Shown here one piece after another: positions 18,175-26,995 of a stretch of 46,226 nt of DNA. The translations under genes were made by a program, and so were the position numbers. Under the pieces are notes generated by a model. That model was given only the letters and a program-made list of their open reading frames with translations, did no database searches and was not told the origin of the DNA. The DNA comes from Microbacterium sp. (GTDB taxonomy: Bacteria > Actinomycetota > Actinomycetes > Actinomycetales > Microbacteriaceae): NCBI GenBank assembly GCA_043764515.1, contig JAYUKK010000144.1, positions 1 to 46,226 on the forward strand, written 5' to 3'. Numbering within the stretch: the first letter of the stretch is position 1; each line of letters opens with the position of its first letter.

Positions 18175-20549
18175 ACGTACTCGGCGAGGTGCTGACCCGT
18201 GAGGGTCGAGCGCGCGGCGACAAGCTCGGTCGGCGTGCCTTCGAAGACGACGCGGCCGCCGTCGTGGCCGGCGCCGGGGCCCAGGTCGATGATGTAGTCG
18301 GCATGCGCCATGACGGCCTGATGGTGCTCGATGACGATGACCGACTTGCCGCTGTCGACGAGTCGGTCGAGCAGCCCGAGCAGGTTCTCGACGTCGGCGA
18401 GGTGCAAGCCCGTCGTCGGCTCGTCGAGCACGTAGATCGTGCCCTTGTCGGCCATCTGGGTGGCAAGCTTGAGGCGTTGCCGCTCACCGCCCGACAGGGT
18501 CGAGAGCGGCTGGCCGAGCCTGGTGTAGCCGAGGCCAACATCCACGAGGCGGTCGAGAATGGCGTGCGCGGCGGGCAGCTTCGCGTCTCCCGCGGCGAAG
18601 AACTGCTCGGCCTCGGCGACGGGCATCGTGAGCACCTCGCTGATGTTCTTGCCGCCCAGCCGGTACTCGAGCACGGCGGCCTGAAAGCGCCGACCCTCGC
18701 ACTCTTCACACACGGTCGAGACCGTGGCCATGGGCCCAAGGTCGGTGAAGATGAGCCCATTGCCGTTGCACGCGGGGCACGCGCCCTCAGAGTTCGCGCT
18801 GAACAGGGCGGGCTTGACCCCGTTCGCTTTGGCGAAGGCCGTGCGAATCGGATCGAGCAACCCTGTGTAGGTGGCGGGGTTGCTGCGGCGTGATCCGCGG
18901 ATGGCGCCCTGGTCGATCGCGACGACTCCGTCGCGCGAGGCACCGTTGTGGTGAACGAGCGAACCGTGGATGAGCGAACTCTTGCCGGAGCCCGCCACAC
19001 CCGTGACGACCACGAGCACCCCGAGCGGAACATCCACGTCAACGTTCTTAAGATTGTGCGAGTTTGCGCCCCGCACCTGGAGTGCGCCGGTGGATGCGCG
19101 CACCGCACTCTTGAGCCGTGCGCGGTCGTCGAGGTGCCGGCCGGTGAGGGTTCCGCTGGCTCGCAGCCCCTCGATGGTGCCTTCGAACACGATCTCACCG
19201 CCGGCGGTTCCCGCGCCGGGGCCGAGGTCGACGACGTGGTCGGCGATCGCAATGGCTTCGGGCTTGTGCTCGACGACGAGCACGGTGTTGCCCTTGTCGC
19301 GCAGCTGCAGCAGTAGCTCGTTCATGCGCTGAATGTCGTGCGGATGCAGGCCCACGGTCGGTTCGTCGAAGACATAGGTGACGTCGGTGAGCGACGAGCC
19401 GAGGTGCCGAATCATCTTGGTGCGCTGCGCCTCGCCACCCGAGAGCGTGCCCGACGGCCGGTCGAGCGAGAGGTAGCCGAGACCGATCGTGACGAACGAG
19501 TCGAGCAAGCGCCGCAGGTTGGCGACGAGCGGCGCGACGGAGGGGTCGGTGACCGTCGCGGCCCACTCGGCGAGGTCACTGATCTGCATCGCGCACGCGT
19601 CGGCGATGCTGATGCCGGCAACCTTGGATGAGCGCGCGCCCGCGTTGAGTCGCGTGCCACCACACTCGGGGCACAGGGTGAACGTGACGGCGCGCTCGAC
19701 AAAGGCGCGAATGTGGGGCTGCAGCGCATCCACGTCTTTCGACAGCATCGACTTCTGAATCTTGGGCACGAGACCCTCGTAGGTCATGTTGATGTTGTCG
19801 ATCTTGACCTTGACCGGGTCTTTGTAGAGAAAGTCGTTGCGCTCGGCCTCGGTGAAGTCACGAATCGGCTTGGCCGGGTCGAAGAACCCCGAGGCGGTGA
19901 AGATGCGCACCATCCAGCCGTCGACCGTGTAGCCCGGAATCGTGAGGGCGCCATCGAGCAGCGACTTCGAGTCGTCGAACAGCTGCGTGAGGTCAATGTC
20001 ATTGACCCGGCCCATGCCCTCGCACCGCGGGCACATGCCGCCCAGGTAGGTCTCGTTCTCGACGACCGTCGTCGTGCCCGTGCTCGTCGTGCGCGTGCCG
20101 CTCGTCTGACTCGACGGAATGTTGAACGAAAACGCGTTGGGCGAGCCGATGGAGGGCTGGCCGAGCCGCGAGAACAGAATGCGCAGCATCGCGTTGGCAT
20201 CGGTCGCCGTGCCCACGGTCGACCGCGAGTTGGCGCCCATGCGCTCTTGATCGACGATGATCGCCGTCGTCAGGCCGTCGAGGCTGTCGACGTCGGGGCG
20301 CGCGAGGCTCGGCATGAAGCCCTGCACGAACGAGCTATAGGTCTCGTTGATCATGCGCTGCGACTCGGCCGCGATCGTGCCGAACACGAGGCTCGACTTG
20401 CCCGACCCGCTCACTCCCGTGAAGACCGTCAGCCGGCGCTTGGGCAGGTCGACGCTCACGTTTTTGAGGTTGTTCTCGCGGGCACCCTCGACGCGGATGA
20501 TGTCGTGGCGGTCGGCGGGGTGTTCGTGGGCGAGGTGCTGGTCAGTCAT
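18165..20549 (-). CDS. UvrA-family ABC ATPase, short class II (UvrA2/DrrC-like)
   Basis: GARENNLKN, two Walker A motifs (GVSGSGKSS, GVAGSGKSS), LSGGEAQR and LSGGERQR, CxxC zinc fingers. At 794 aa it is shorter than canonical UvrA. Confidence 0.9.
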   Translation of the reverse strand: MTDQHLAHEHPADRHDIIRVEGARENNLKNVSVDLPKRRLTVFTGVSGSGKSSLVFGTIAAESQRMINETYSSFVQGFMPSLARPDVDSLDGLTTAIIVDQERMGANSRSTVGTATDANAMLRILFSRLGQPSIGSPNAFSFNIPSSQTSGTRTTSTGTTTVVENETYLGGMCPRCEGMGRVNDIDLTQLFDDSKSLLDGALTIPGYTVDGWMVRIFTASGFFDPAKPIRDFTEAERNDFLYKDPVKVKIDNINMTYEGLVPKIQKSMLSKDVDALQPHIRAFVERAVTFTLCPECGGTRLNAGARSSKVAGISIADACAMQISDLAEWAATVTDPSVAPLVANLRRLLDSFVTIGLGYLSLDRPSGTLSGGEAQRTKMIRHLGSSLTDVTYVFDEPTVGLHPHDIQRMNELLLQLRDKGNTVLVVEHKPEAIAIADHVVDLGPGAGTAGGEIVFEGTIEGLRASGTLTGRHLDDRARLKSAVRASTGALQVRGANSHNLKNVDVDVPLGVLVVVTGVAGSGKSSLIHGSLVHHNGASRDGVVAIDQGAIRGSRRSNPATYTGLLDPIRTAFAKANGVKPALFSANSEGACPACNGNGLIFTDLGPMATVSTVCEECEGRRFQAAVLEYRLGGKNISEVLTMPVAEAEQFFAAGDAKLPAAHAILDRLVDVGLGYTRLGQPLSTLSGGERQRLKLATQMADKGTIYVLDEPTTGLHLADVENLLGLLDRLVDSGKSVIVIEHHQAVMAHADYIIDLGPGAGHDGGRVVFEGTPTELVAARSTLTGQHLAEYVGG

Positions 20550-20594
20550 GGGTTTAGTCTGCCGCGCGCAGGCTCATGCGGCACAATCAGCCTC

Positions 20595-22028
20595 ATGCCC
20601 TCCTCCCCCGCCCCCGAGGTCGACGCGGTCGTCGTCGGCTCAGGGCCGAATGGCTTGGTCGCCGCGGTGCGGCTGGCCGAGGCGGGGCTGCGGGTGCTCG
20701 TGCTCGAAGCGGCCGAGCAGCCCGGCGGCGGCTTACGCAGCGAGCAACTGACTCTGCCCGGGTTCGTGCACGACCTCGGCGCGACGGTGCACGCGCTTGG
20801 CCTGGCCTCGCCGGCGATGCGGGCGCTTAACTTATCGAGCAGCGGGCTTGAGCTCGTGCATCCGCCCACTCCCCTGGGCCACGCGATCGACGCGAACCGG
20901 TCGGCGATTCTGCACCGCTCGATCGACGCTACAGCCGAGGCGCTCCGCCGCGACGGACGCGCCTGGCGACGGATGCTCGCCCACCTCTCCACGCACTGGC
21001 CGGGCCTCGCCGCCTCGGTGCTCGACCCGACCCACCTGCCGCCGCACGCTCCGCGCGAGTTGTTCGCGTTTGGCGTGCGGGGGCTGTGGCCCGCGAGTCT
21101 CGTCACGCGCGCGATGTTTCGCGATGAACCCGCGCGAGCCCTCTTCGCGGGGCTCGCGGCGCACGCGGCCGTTCCGCTCGGGCAACCGCTCACGACGGGC
21201 ATCGGCCTCATGCTCGGCGGCCTCGCGCACGGAGTCGGCTGGCCCGTCGCCCGCGGCGGCTCGCAGTCGGTCGCCGACGCGCTCGTCGCGCGCCTGACCG
21301 CGCTCGGTGGCGAACTGCGCACGGGTCACCGCGTCACCTCGCTCGCCGAGCTGCCGAGCGCGCGCATCATCGTGCTCGACCTCACGCCGCGACAGGTGCG
21401 CGCGATCGCGGGTGATGCGCTGCCCGCGCGCTACGCCCGTCGGCTCGACCGCTGGCGCTACGGCGCCGGAGTCTTCAAGGTCGACTGGGCGCTCGACGGC
21501 CCCGTGCCGTGGGCCGACCCCGCCCTCGCGGGCGCGGGAACCGTGCACATCGGCACGGCCGAGCAAGTCGCCCGCACCGAACGCGAGGCCGCCCGCGGTC
21601 GCCACGTTGACGACCCCTGGGTGCTCGCCGTGCAGGCAACCGTCGCCGACCCGACCCGCGCCCCCGCGGGCAAACACACGCTGTGGGCCTACTGCCGCGT
21701 GCCCAACGGATCAACCGTGGATGCCCTCACGGCGATCGAGGCCCAACTCGAGCGCGTCGCTCCCGGCTTTCGCGAGCGCGTGCTCGGCCGGTACGTGTCG
21801 AACCCCGCAACCCTCGAAGCCGGGAACGCCAACCTCGTGGGCGGTGACATCGGCGGCGGCGCCACCGACCTGCGGCAACTCGCAGCGCGTCCGTCGCTCT
21901 CGCTCACGCCGTGGGCCACGCCCGTGCCGGGGCTGTTTCTCTGCTCATCGTCAACGCTGCCCGGTGGCGGCGTGCACGGCATGGGCGGGTGGAACGCGGC
22001 GCGGGCCGCGCTCGCGCGGCTCGGCTAA
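20595..22028 (+). CDS. phytoene desaturase-like FAD-dependent oxidoreductase
   Basis: DAVVVGSGPNGL.AA, GGG.RS..LTLPGF.HD, C-terminal LCSSST.PGGGVHGM.G. Confidence 0.88.
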   Translation: MPSSPAPEVDAVVVGSGPNGLVAAVRLAEAGLRVLVLEAAEQPGGGLRSEQLTLPGFVHDLGATVHALGLASPAMRALNLSSSGLELVHPPTPLGHAIDANRSAILHRSIDATAEALRRDGRAWRRMLAHLSTHWPGLAASVLDPTHLPPHAPRELFAFGVRGLWPASLVTRAMFRDEPARALFAGLAAHAAVPLGQPLTTGIGLMLGGLAHGVGWPVARGGSQSVADALVARLTALGGELRTGHRVTSLAELPSARIIVLDLTPRQVRAIAGDALPARYARRLDRWRYGAGVFKVDWALDGPVPWADPALAGAGTVHIGTAEQVARTEREAARGRHVDDPWVLAVQATVADPTRAPAGKHTLWAYCRVPNGSTVDALTAIEAQLERVAPGFRERVLGRYVSNPATLEAGNANLVGGDIGGGATDLRQLAARPSLSLTPWATPVPGLFLCSSSTLPGGGVHGMGGWNAARAALARLG

Positions 22029-22052
22029 GCGCGCGACGCTAGGCGCTGAGCG

Positions 22053-22397
22053 CTAGGCACTCAGCGCCGGTGCCCCGGGCGGAATGTGCGTGAGCCCGAG
22101 AGTCGGGTGGCCGTAGACCGACTGCACCTCGGCGATCACGACGCGATACTCGGCGATCCAGTTGTCGGCGAGCCCTTTGGCGATGCCGTGCGTGTCCATG
22201 GCGATCAGCTCGCGCAGGGCATCCGCGGTCTCCCAGTAGTAGACCTCGCTGTGCAGCCCGGTCGTGTCGTCATGCCAGGCCTCTTCACCCAAGAACCCGG
22301 GAATCGCGCGGGCCCGCGCGGCGATCTCGTCGTTGAGCTCGTGAAACCGCTCGTCGAGTTCGCGCAGGGCGAAGATGAAAGTGGCGCTGACGGTCAT
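22053..22397 (-). CDS. antibiotic biosynthesis monooxygenase (ABM)-like dimeric alpha/beta barrel protein
   Basis: AR.IPGFLGEE.W, VYYWE...L, H..AK...W...Y.V.IAEV...YG. Confidence 0.75.
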   Translation of the reverse strand: MTVSATFIFALRELDERFHELNDEIAARARAIPGFLGEEAWHDDTTGLHSEVYYWETADALRELIAMDTHGIAKGLADNWIAEYRVVIAEVQSVYGHPTLGLTHIPPGAPALSA

Positions 22398-22407
22398 GAG
22401 CACCATC

Positions 22408-22435
22408 ATGCACCCATAGTGCATTATTGTGCACT
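22408..22435. promoter_or_regulatory. two overlapping inverted repeats, probable XRE operator
   Basis: ATGCAC-CCATA-GTGCAT (22408-22424) and AGTGCA-TTATTG-TGCACT (22418-22435) in the 39-bp gap between divergent genes. Confidence 0.65.
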
Positions 22436-22436
22436 C

Positions 22437-23042
22437 ATGGAGATCGAGACGGATGCACTCGCGCGCGTCATCGGCGCGCGCGTGCGGCACGAGCGTGCAG
22501 CGCGCGGGTGGACGCTCGACCAGCTCGCCGCCGCCGCAGGAGTCAGCCGCCGCATGGTCGTCAACGTCGAGCAGGGCGGCGTTAACCCGAGCATCGGCAC
22601 CCTGCTCAGGCTGAGCGATGCGCTCGGCGTTGGGCTCCCTGCGCTTGTCGAGCCGCCATCCCAACCCGACGAGCGCGTGACGCGAGCCGGCTCCGCCGCC
22701 GTACTGTGGCGCGGCGAACACGGGGGCTCGGGTGCGCTCGTCGCCGCCAGCGCCTCCCCCGACGTGTTCGAGCTCTGGCACTGGACCATGCACCCCGGCG
22801 AGCGCCACGCGAGCGAGCCCCACCCCCCGGGAACGCGTGAACTGCTGCACGTGCTCGAGGGCGCCATGCGCATCGAGATTGACGACCGAGTACACGAGCT
22901 CGGCACCGGCGACGCCCTCACCTTCCGCGGCGATGCGCCACACAGCTACGCCGGCGCGGGCGAATCCGCCGCGCGATTCTCACTCACGGTGCTCGAACCG
23001 GGTGTGGGCACGACGACCTCTCGAGGAGCATCCGATGAATAG
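22437..23042 (+). CDS. XRE family HTH + cupin transcriptional regulator
   Basis: GWTLDQLA..AGVSRRM..NVEQG..NPSIGTL. Cupin motif H...TRELLHVLEG...GD.L.F.GD.PH.Y. Confidence 0.92.
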   Translation: MEIETDALARVIGARVRHERAARGWTLDQLAAAAGVSRRMVVNVEQGGVNPSIGTLLRLSDALGVGLPALVEPPSQPDERVTRAGSAAVLWRGEHGGSGALVAASASPDVFELWHWTMHPGERHASEPHPPGTRELLHVLEGAMRIEIDDRVHELGTGDALTFRGDAPHSYAGAGESAARFSLTVLEPGVGTTTSRGASDE

Positions 23043-23958
23043 CCCCACTCGCCCCGCTCCCCCGGCCTGGTCACTCGCCGTCGTGGCGATGTTGCTCATC
23101 CAGTTGTCGAGCGCGCTCTCGGTGACGGTCATCGACGCGGTCGGCGCCGGCGGCGCCTCGTGGTTGCGCATGTGCTTCGGCGCGCTGTTCTTGCTGCTCA
23201 TCGTGCGGCCGAACCTGCGCAGCATCCGTCGCGCCGACGTGCCGAGCCTGCTCATGCTCGGAACCGTCACGGGCCTCATGACCACGCTCTTTCTCGCCGC
23301 GCTCGACCGCATTCCGCTCGGCACCGCCGTCGCGATTGAGTTTCTCGGGCCGCTGACCGTCGCGGCCGTCATGAGCCGTCGACGCCGGGCGCTCGTCTGG
23401 CCGGCCCTCGCTTTCGTCGGCGTCGTGCTGCTGACCGAGCCCTGGCAAGGGGCGACGGATGCTCTCGGCATCCTCTTCGCCCTGCTCGCCGGTGCCTGCT
23501 GGGGTCTCTACAACCTGCTCACGCAGCGCGTCGGCGACCGCTTCAGCGGCATCTCGGGCCTCGCCTACACGATCCCCATCGCGGCCGTCGTCACGACGAT
23601 CATTGGCGTGCCCTCGGTCATCGGCGGCACGCCCACGCTGCCGGTCATTCTGCTCGCGGCCGGCATTGCGTTGCTCACGCCCGTGATCTCGTTCGGGCTA
23701 GAGATGCTGGCGCTGCGCCGAATGACCCACACGGCGTTCGGCACGTTGCTCGCGATCGAACCCGCGTTTGGGCTCATCATCGGGCTCATCGTGCTCAGTC
23801 AGACTCCGGGCGTGCTGCAGCTCATCGGCATCGTGACCGTCGTGATCGCGGGCGCCGCCGCGCAACGCGACGCAACACGCTCACGCCCCGCTGTCAGCTC
23901 CGACGGCGCCATCCCACCAGCGCAGAACCCGCAGCGAGAGGAAGGTCAGCCACGGTGA
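23035..23958 (+). CDS. EamA/DMT family transporter (RhtA-like)
   Basis: IQLSSA, WLR, ALDRIPLGTAVAIEFLGPL, LEMLALRR, FGTL.AIEPA. About 10 TM helices. Confidence 0.9.
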   Translation: MNSPTRPAPPAWSLAVVAMLLIQLSSALSVTVIDAVGAGGASWLRMCFGALFLLLIVRPNLRSIRRADVPSLLMLGTVTGLMTTLFLAALDRIPLGTAVAIEFLGPLTVAAVMSRRRRALVWPALAFVGVVLLTEPWQGATDALGILFALLAGACWGLYNLLTQRVGDRFSGISGLAYTIPIAAVVTTIIGVPSVIGGTPTLPVILLAAGIALLTPVISFGLEMLALRRMTHTAFGTLLAIEPAFGLIIGLIVLSQTPGVLQLIGIVTVVIAGAAAQRDATRSRPAVSSDGAIPPAQNPQREEGQPR

Positions 23959-24909
23959 GGGCTCGCCCACGGGCACGTCGAGCTCGAACCAGACGCGGCC
24001 CGGGTGGCGGCGCTCTTGCAGCCAGGTTCCTGCACCGCGCTGCCCGTCGGGCTGCTGGGCGCTCCGGATAATCCCGATGGCGTCGGATGCTCGCTCGTCG
24101 GGCGGCGTGCCCTCGAGCAGTGACGCTCGTCGCAGGTAGTCGAGCGCGTTGAGGGCGCTGTAGACGTGGCGGAACGGGTAGCCGAAGTGGGTGGCCCAGG
24201 GGGCAACGAGCTCTCCGGTTGACTCGCGGTAGAGCATCCGTCGCCGCAACAGGTATTCCTCGCCGGCGTGACGCACCTCGCGAAGGCGGGTGTCGCCCGT
24301 GCGCTCTTCCCACTCGAGGATGCCCTTGAGCGCGTTGAGTGTGGAGTGAAAGCTGGCGCGCGTCGAGCCCTCGACCCACTCGCAGTTCCAGCCGCCCTCG
24401 GCCAAGGTGTGCTCGGCGAACCACGTGGCGATGCCGTCGACATCGGCGCCGTTTTTCGCACCGCCGAGCCACGCGCCGTTGGCGAGCGTGAAGCCGTTGA
24501 TGCACGCGTCGACCTCGCCGCCCCAGTAGGGCAGGTCGTCGTATTCCCAGCGACTGTTCGCGGCGAGCTTCTCGGCCGTGCCGGTGAGCGCCGCGGCATC
24601 GAGGCCGAACTCGCGCAGGGTCAGCAGACTCCACGTCGTGGCCGTCCACGGCTGACCATGCTGGGCCTCCTCGCTATCCCAGTCGAACTCGGCCGGAAAG
24701 TAGGCACCGCCCGCCCACTGCCCGTCGGGGTCTTGGTGCGAGAGCAGCTCGGCGCCCATGCCCTCGGTCGCGACCCGCGCGCGGGTGGCCTGCCACACGG
24801 CCTCGGGCTCACCGAGCAGGTCGCGCTCGACCTGCCAGCGCAGGGCGGGGTCGGTGTCGAGCATCCACTGCAGAACTGTCGGGTCGATCGGGGCGGGGTC
24901 GTTCGTCAT
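23881..24909 (-). CDS. prenyltransferase/squalene-cyclase-repeat (alpha-alpha toroid) protein
   Basis: QW-like repeats LLSHQDPDGQWAG, EGGWNCE and QQPDG..W. No DXDD motif seen. Confidence 0.75.
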   Translation of the reverse strand: MTNDPAPIDPTVLQWMLDTDPALRWQVERDLLGEPEAVWQATRARVATEGMGAELLSHQDPDGQWAGGAYFPAEFDWDSEEAQHGQPWTATTWSLLTLREFGLDAAALTGTAEKLAANSRWEYDDLPYWGGEVDACINGFTLANGAWLGGAKNGADVDGIATWFAEHTLAEGGWNCEWVEGSTRASFHSTLNALKGILEWEERTGDTRLREVRHAGEEYLLRRRMLYRESTGELVAPWATHFGYPFRHVYSALNALDYLRRASLLEGTPPDERASDAIGIIRSAQQPDGQRGAGTWLQERRHPGRVWFELDVPVGEPSPWLTFLSLRVLRWWDGAVGADSGA

Positions 24910-24951
24910 GTCGCGAGCGTAGCCCCGACCTCCGACCCAGCTCGGGAAGCG

Positions 24952-25335
24952 CTAGCTGCGAGCCGCACCCTCGACGTCGGCGAGCAGATACTGCTCGAGC
25001 TTGAGCCACTTCGGAGGCCGCGGCGCACCCTCGGGCAGCAACGCGAACGCCGCCTCAGCATCGATGAGCCGCGGGTTCGTGACAACGACCTCGGTGTTTC
25101 CCGTGCGCAGTCGCGCCGAGCCGGCGGCGAGTACGTTGCGCACCCAGTCCGACTCCACGCCATAGACAGGCACGAAGAGGTAGCCGCCCTCGACGGGTGT
25201 CGGCTCGAGGGGCGTGAGGTACTCGCGGCCCGACGTGCGGCCCACGTGCACGAGCACGGCATACTTGCCCTTTTTGAGCTCACGAGGGTTGAACATCCAT
25301 TTGTTCATGTGGGCCCACCAGCGTGGCATTGGCAT
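24952..25335 (-). CDS. deazaflavin-dependent nitroreductase family protein (second paralog)
   Basis: L.HVGRTSGREY.TP, YG..SDWVRNVLAAG. Confidence 0.85.
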   Translation of the reverse strand: MPMPRWWAHMNKWMFNPRELKKGKYAVLVHVGRTSGREYLTPLEPTPVEGGYLFVPVYGVESDWVRNVLAAGSARLRTGNTEVVVTNPRLIDAEAAFALLPEGAPRPPKWLKLEQYLLADVEGAARS

Positions 25336-25338
25336 GAG

Positions 25339-26049
25339 TCAGGCCTCCGATCGGGCGGCCTGGTCAAGGCCATCGAGCAAGAGCCCGAGCGTGAACTCGA
25401 ACTCGGTTTGTGAGTCGCACCAGCCGAGCATCGCGTCGCTCTCGGCGTGCAGTTCTTCGGCGACCATCGCCGCCGTGTGTGGAAAGACGTCGGCCATCGC
25501 GGCGATCATGGCGGGGTCGAGGGTGTCGAGCTCGGCCGGCGCGTCACTGCTCGACGAGCCTTCGGCGGGTGGGCTGAACGGCTCGTTGACGAAGCCGAGC
25601 GCCATGCTGCTCAGTGCGTGCATGCCCCGGTGGGCGACGCGATACGACAGCCCGCCCCGAATCATGGCGGCGAGCACGGCTTCGAAGACCGCCTGAATCT
25701 CGAACGGAATCGCGCGCCGAGACGTGATGAGCGACGGCGCCCACGGATGCCGCATCATCACGCGGCGAGCCGCCAGACTGCGGGCTCGCACCTCATCGCG
25801 CCAATCGCTCACGGGCTCGATGGTGGCACTGGCTGACTCAGCGAGAATCTCGCGCGCGATGAGCTCAACGAGCCCGTCGAGAATCGCGTCTTTGTTGGCG
25901 AGATGGTGATAGATCGACATGGCCTCAACCTTCAACTCGGTGGCGAGGCGACGCATGCTGACAGCCGCGAGGCCCTCGGCATCGGCAACCTGCATCGCGG
26001 TCGCGAGTATGCGGTCGCGCGTCAGAGGTGCTCGAGGTGAGGGGGTCAC
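25339..26049 (-). CDS. TetR family regulator (TetR_C-type C-terminus)
   Basis: LTRDRIL..A..VAD.EGL.AVSMRRLA.EL.VEAMSIYHH..NKD. C-terminal FEF.LGLLLDGL. Confidence 0.92.
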   Translation of the reverse strand: MTPSPRAPLTRDRILATAMQVADAEGLAAVSMRRLATELKVEAMSIYHHLANKDAILDGLVELIAREILAESASATIEPVSDWRDEVRARSLAARRVMMRHPWAPSLITSRRAIPFEIQAVFEAVLAAMIRGGLSYRVAHRGMHALSSMALGFVNEPFSPPAEGSSSSDAPAELDTLDPAMIAAMADVFPHTAAMVAEELHAESDAMLGWCDSQTEFEFTLGLLLDGLDQAARSEA

Positions 26050-26081
26050 GGCGTCCTTTCGTCACCTTCAGTCTTGCGTTT

Positions 26082-26113
26082 CCTTACGATGTAAGGCAAC
26101 CTTACGCCATAAG
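26082..26113. promoter_or_regulatory. tandem TetR operator sites
   Basis: CCTTAC-GAT-GTAAGG (26082-26096) and CCTTACGCCATAAG (26100-26113) between divergent tetR and DUF4386 genes. Confidence 0.7.
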
Positions 26114-26149
26114 TTTGCGAATCGCGCAACCCCCCTGAACGGAGAACCC

Positions 26150-26836
26150 ATGCACCCCCTCACTCGAACCGCCCGCCTCACGGGCGCCTTCTACCTCGGC
26201 CTCGCCGCCACGGGCGCGCTGAGCTTCTTGCTCATCCGCCCCCAGGTCTTCATCACCGGCGAGAGCGATGCCGTGCTCGACGCCCTCACCGGCAACCTCC
26301 CCCTCGCGCGACTCGGCCTGCTGCTCGAACTCGGCGTCGTCGTCACGCAAGTGCTCGCTGCCCTCTGGTTCTTCGCGCTTTTCCGCTCGGTGAACTCGTT
26401 CGCCGCCATCACGCTCACGACTTTCGGCCTCATGAACGCCGTCGCGATTCTCGGCAGCGCCGCCGCCCTCAGCACGGCGACCACGATTGCGGATGCTGGC
26501 CTCCCCGACGCCGCCTCGCAGGTCACCCTGCTCATCACCCTCTCCGAAGGTTTCTGGGCCGTCGGCACGGTGTTCTTCGGCGCGTGGCTCATCCCGATGG
26601 GATTGCTCGTGCTGCGCTCCGGCTTCGCCTGGCGCTGGATCGGCTGGGTGCTGCTCGTCGGCGGCGCCGGCTACCTCGCCAACATCGTGCTCATCACCCT
26701 CGCGCCCGAGACCACCGCGGTCGCCGACCTGCTCGTCATCCCCGCCACGATCGGCGAGTTCGCGATTCTGCTCTCGCTGCTGATTCGCGGCGTGCCCGCG
26801 CGGGCGCTGGAGTCGCGGTCACGCGCGTCGAGCTGA
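26150..26836 (+). CDS. DUF4386 family membrane protein
   Basis: RTARLTG.FYL, A.WFF.LFR.V, VFFG.WLIPMG.L, G..GY, P.TIGE. RBS GGAGA. Confidence 0.8.
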   Translation: MHPLTRTARLTGAFYLGLAATGALSFLLIRPQVFITGESDAVLDALTGNLPLARLGLLLELGVVVTQVLAALWFFALFRSVNSFAAITLTTFGLMNAVAILGSAAALSTATTIADAGLPDAASQVTLLITLSEGFWAVGTVFFGAWLIPMGLLVLRSGFAWRWIGWVLLVGGAGYLANIVLITLAPETTAVADLLVIPATIGEFAILLSLLIRGVPARALESRSRASS

Positions 26837-26859
26837 CGCCGTTCGACAGAGCGGTGAAG

Positions 26860-26935
26860 TGGTGGACCTGAGGGGATTCGAACCCCTGACCTCCTCGATG
26901 CGAACGAGGCGCGCTACCAACTGCGCCACAGGCCC
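26860..26935 (-). tRNA. tRNA-Ala (anticodon CGC)
   Basis: GGGCCTGTGGCGCAGTTGGTAGCGCGCCTCGTT-CGC-ATCGAGGAGGTCAGGGGTTCGAATCCCCTCAGGTCCACCA. 76 nt, G3:U70 Ala determinant, encoded CCA. Confidence 0.97.
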
Positions 26936-26995
26936 GTGGTGCGTCGACCACATTACCATTCGCGCGCGAGGCGCTCGACCGAGGTGAGGGCGGGC

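Noticed and set aside
19713-20594. N-terminal ~290 aa of the 771-aa ORF
   Set aside because: Antisense shadow of the uvrA-family gene. The FAD-binding motif begins just after ATG 20595.
20595-24909. Carotenoid/hopanoid cluster (phytoene desaturase-like + squalene cyclase-like)
   Set aside because: No crtB/crtE/hpn genes. The two genes are not co-transcribed, the cyclase-like protein lacks DXDD, and both families are common as stand-alone genes.
12560-26860. Genomic island integrated at the tRNA-Ala 3' end
   Set aside because: No integrase, no duplicated tRNA 3' end found by eye, and composition matches the backbone.
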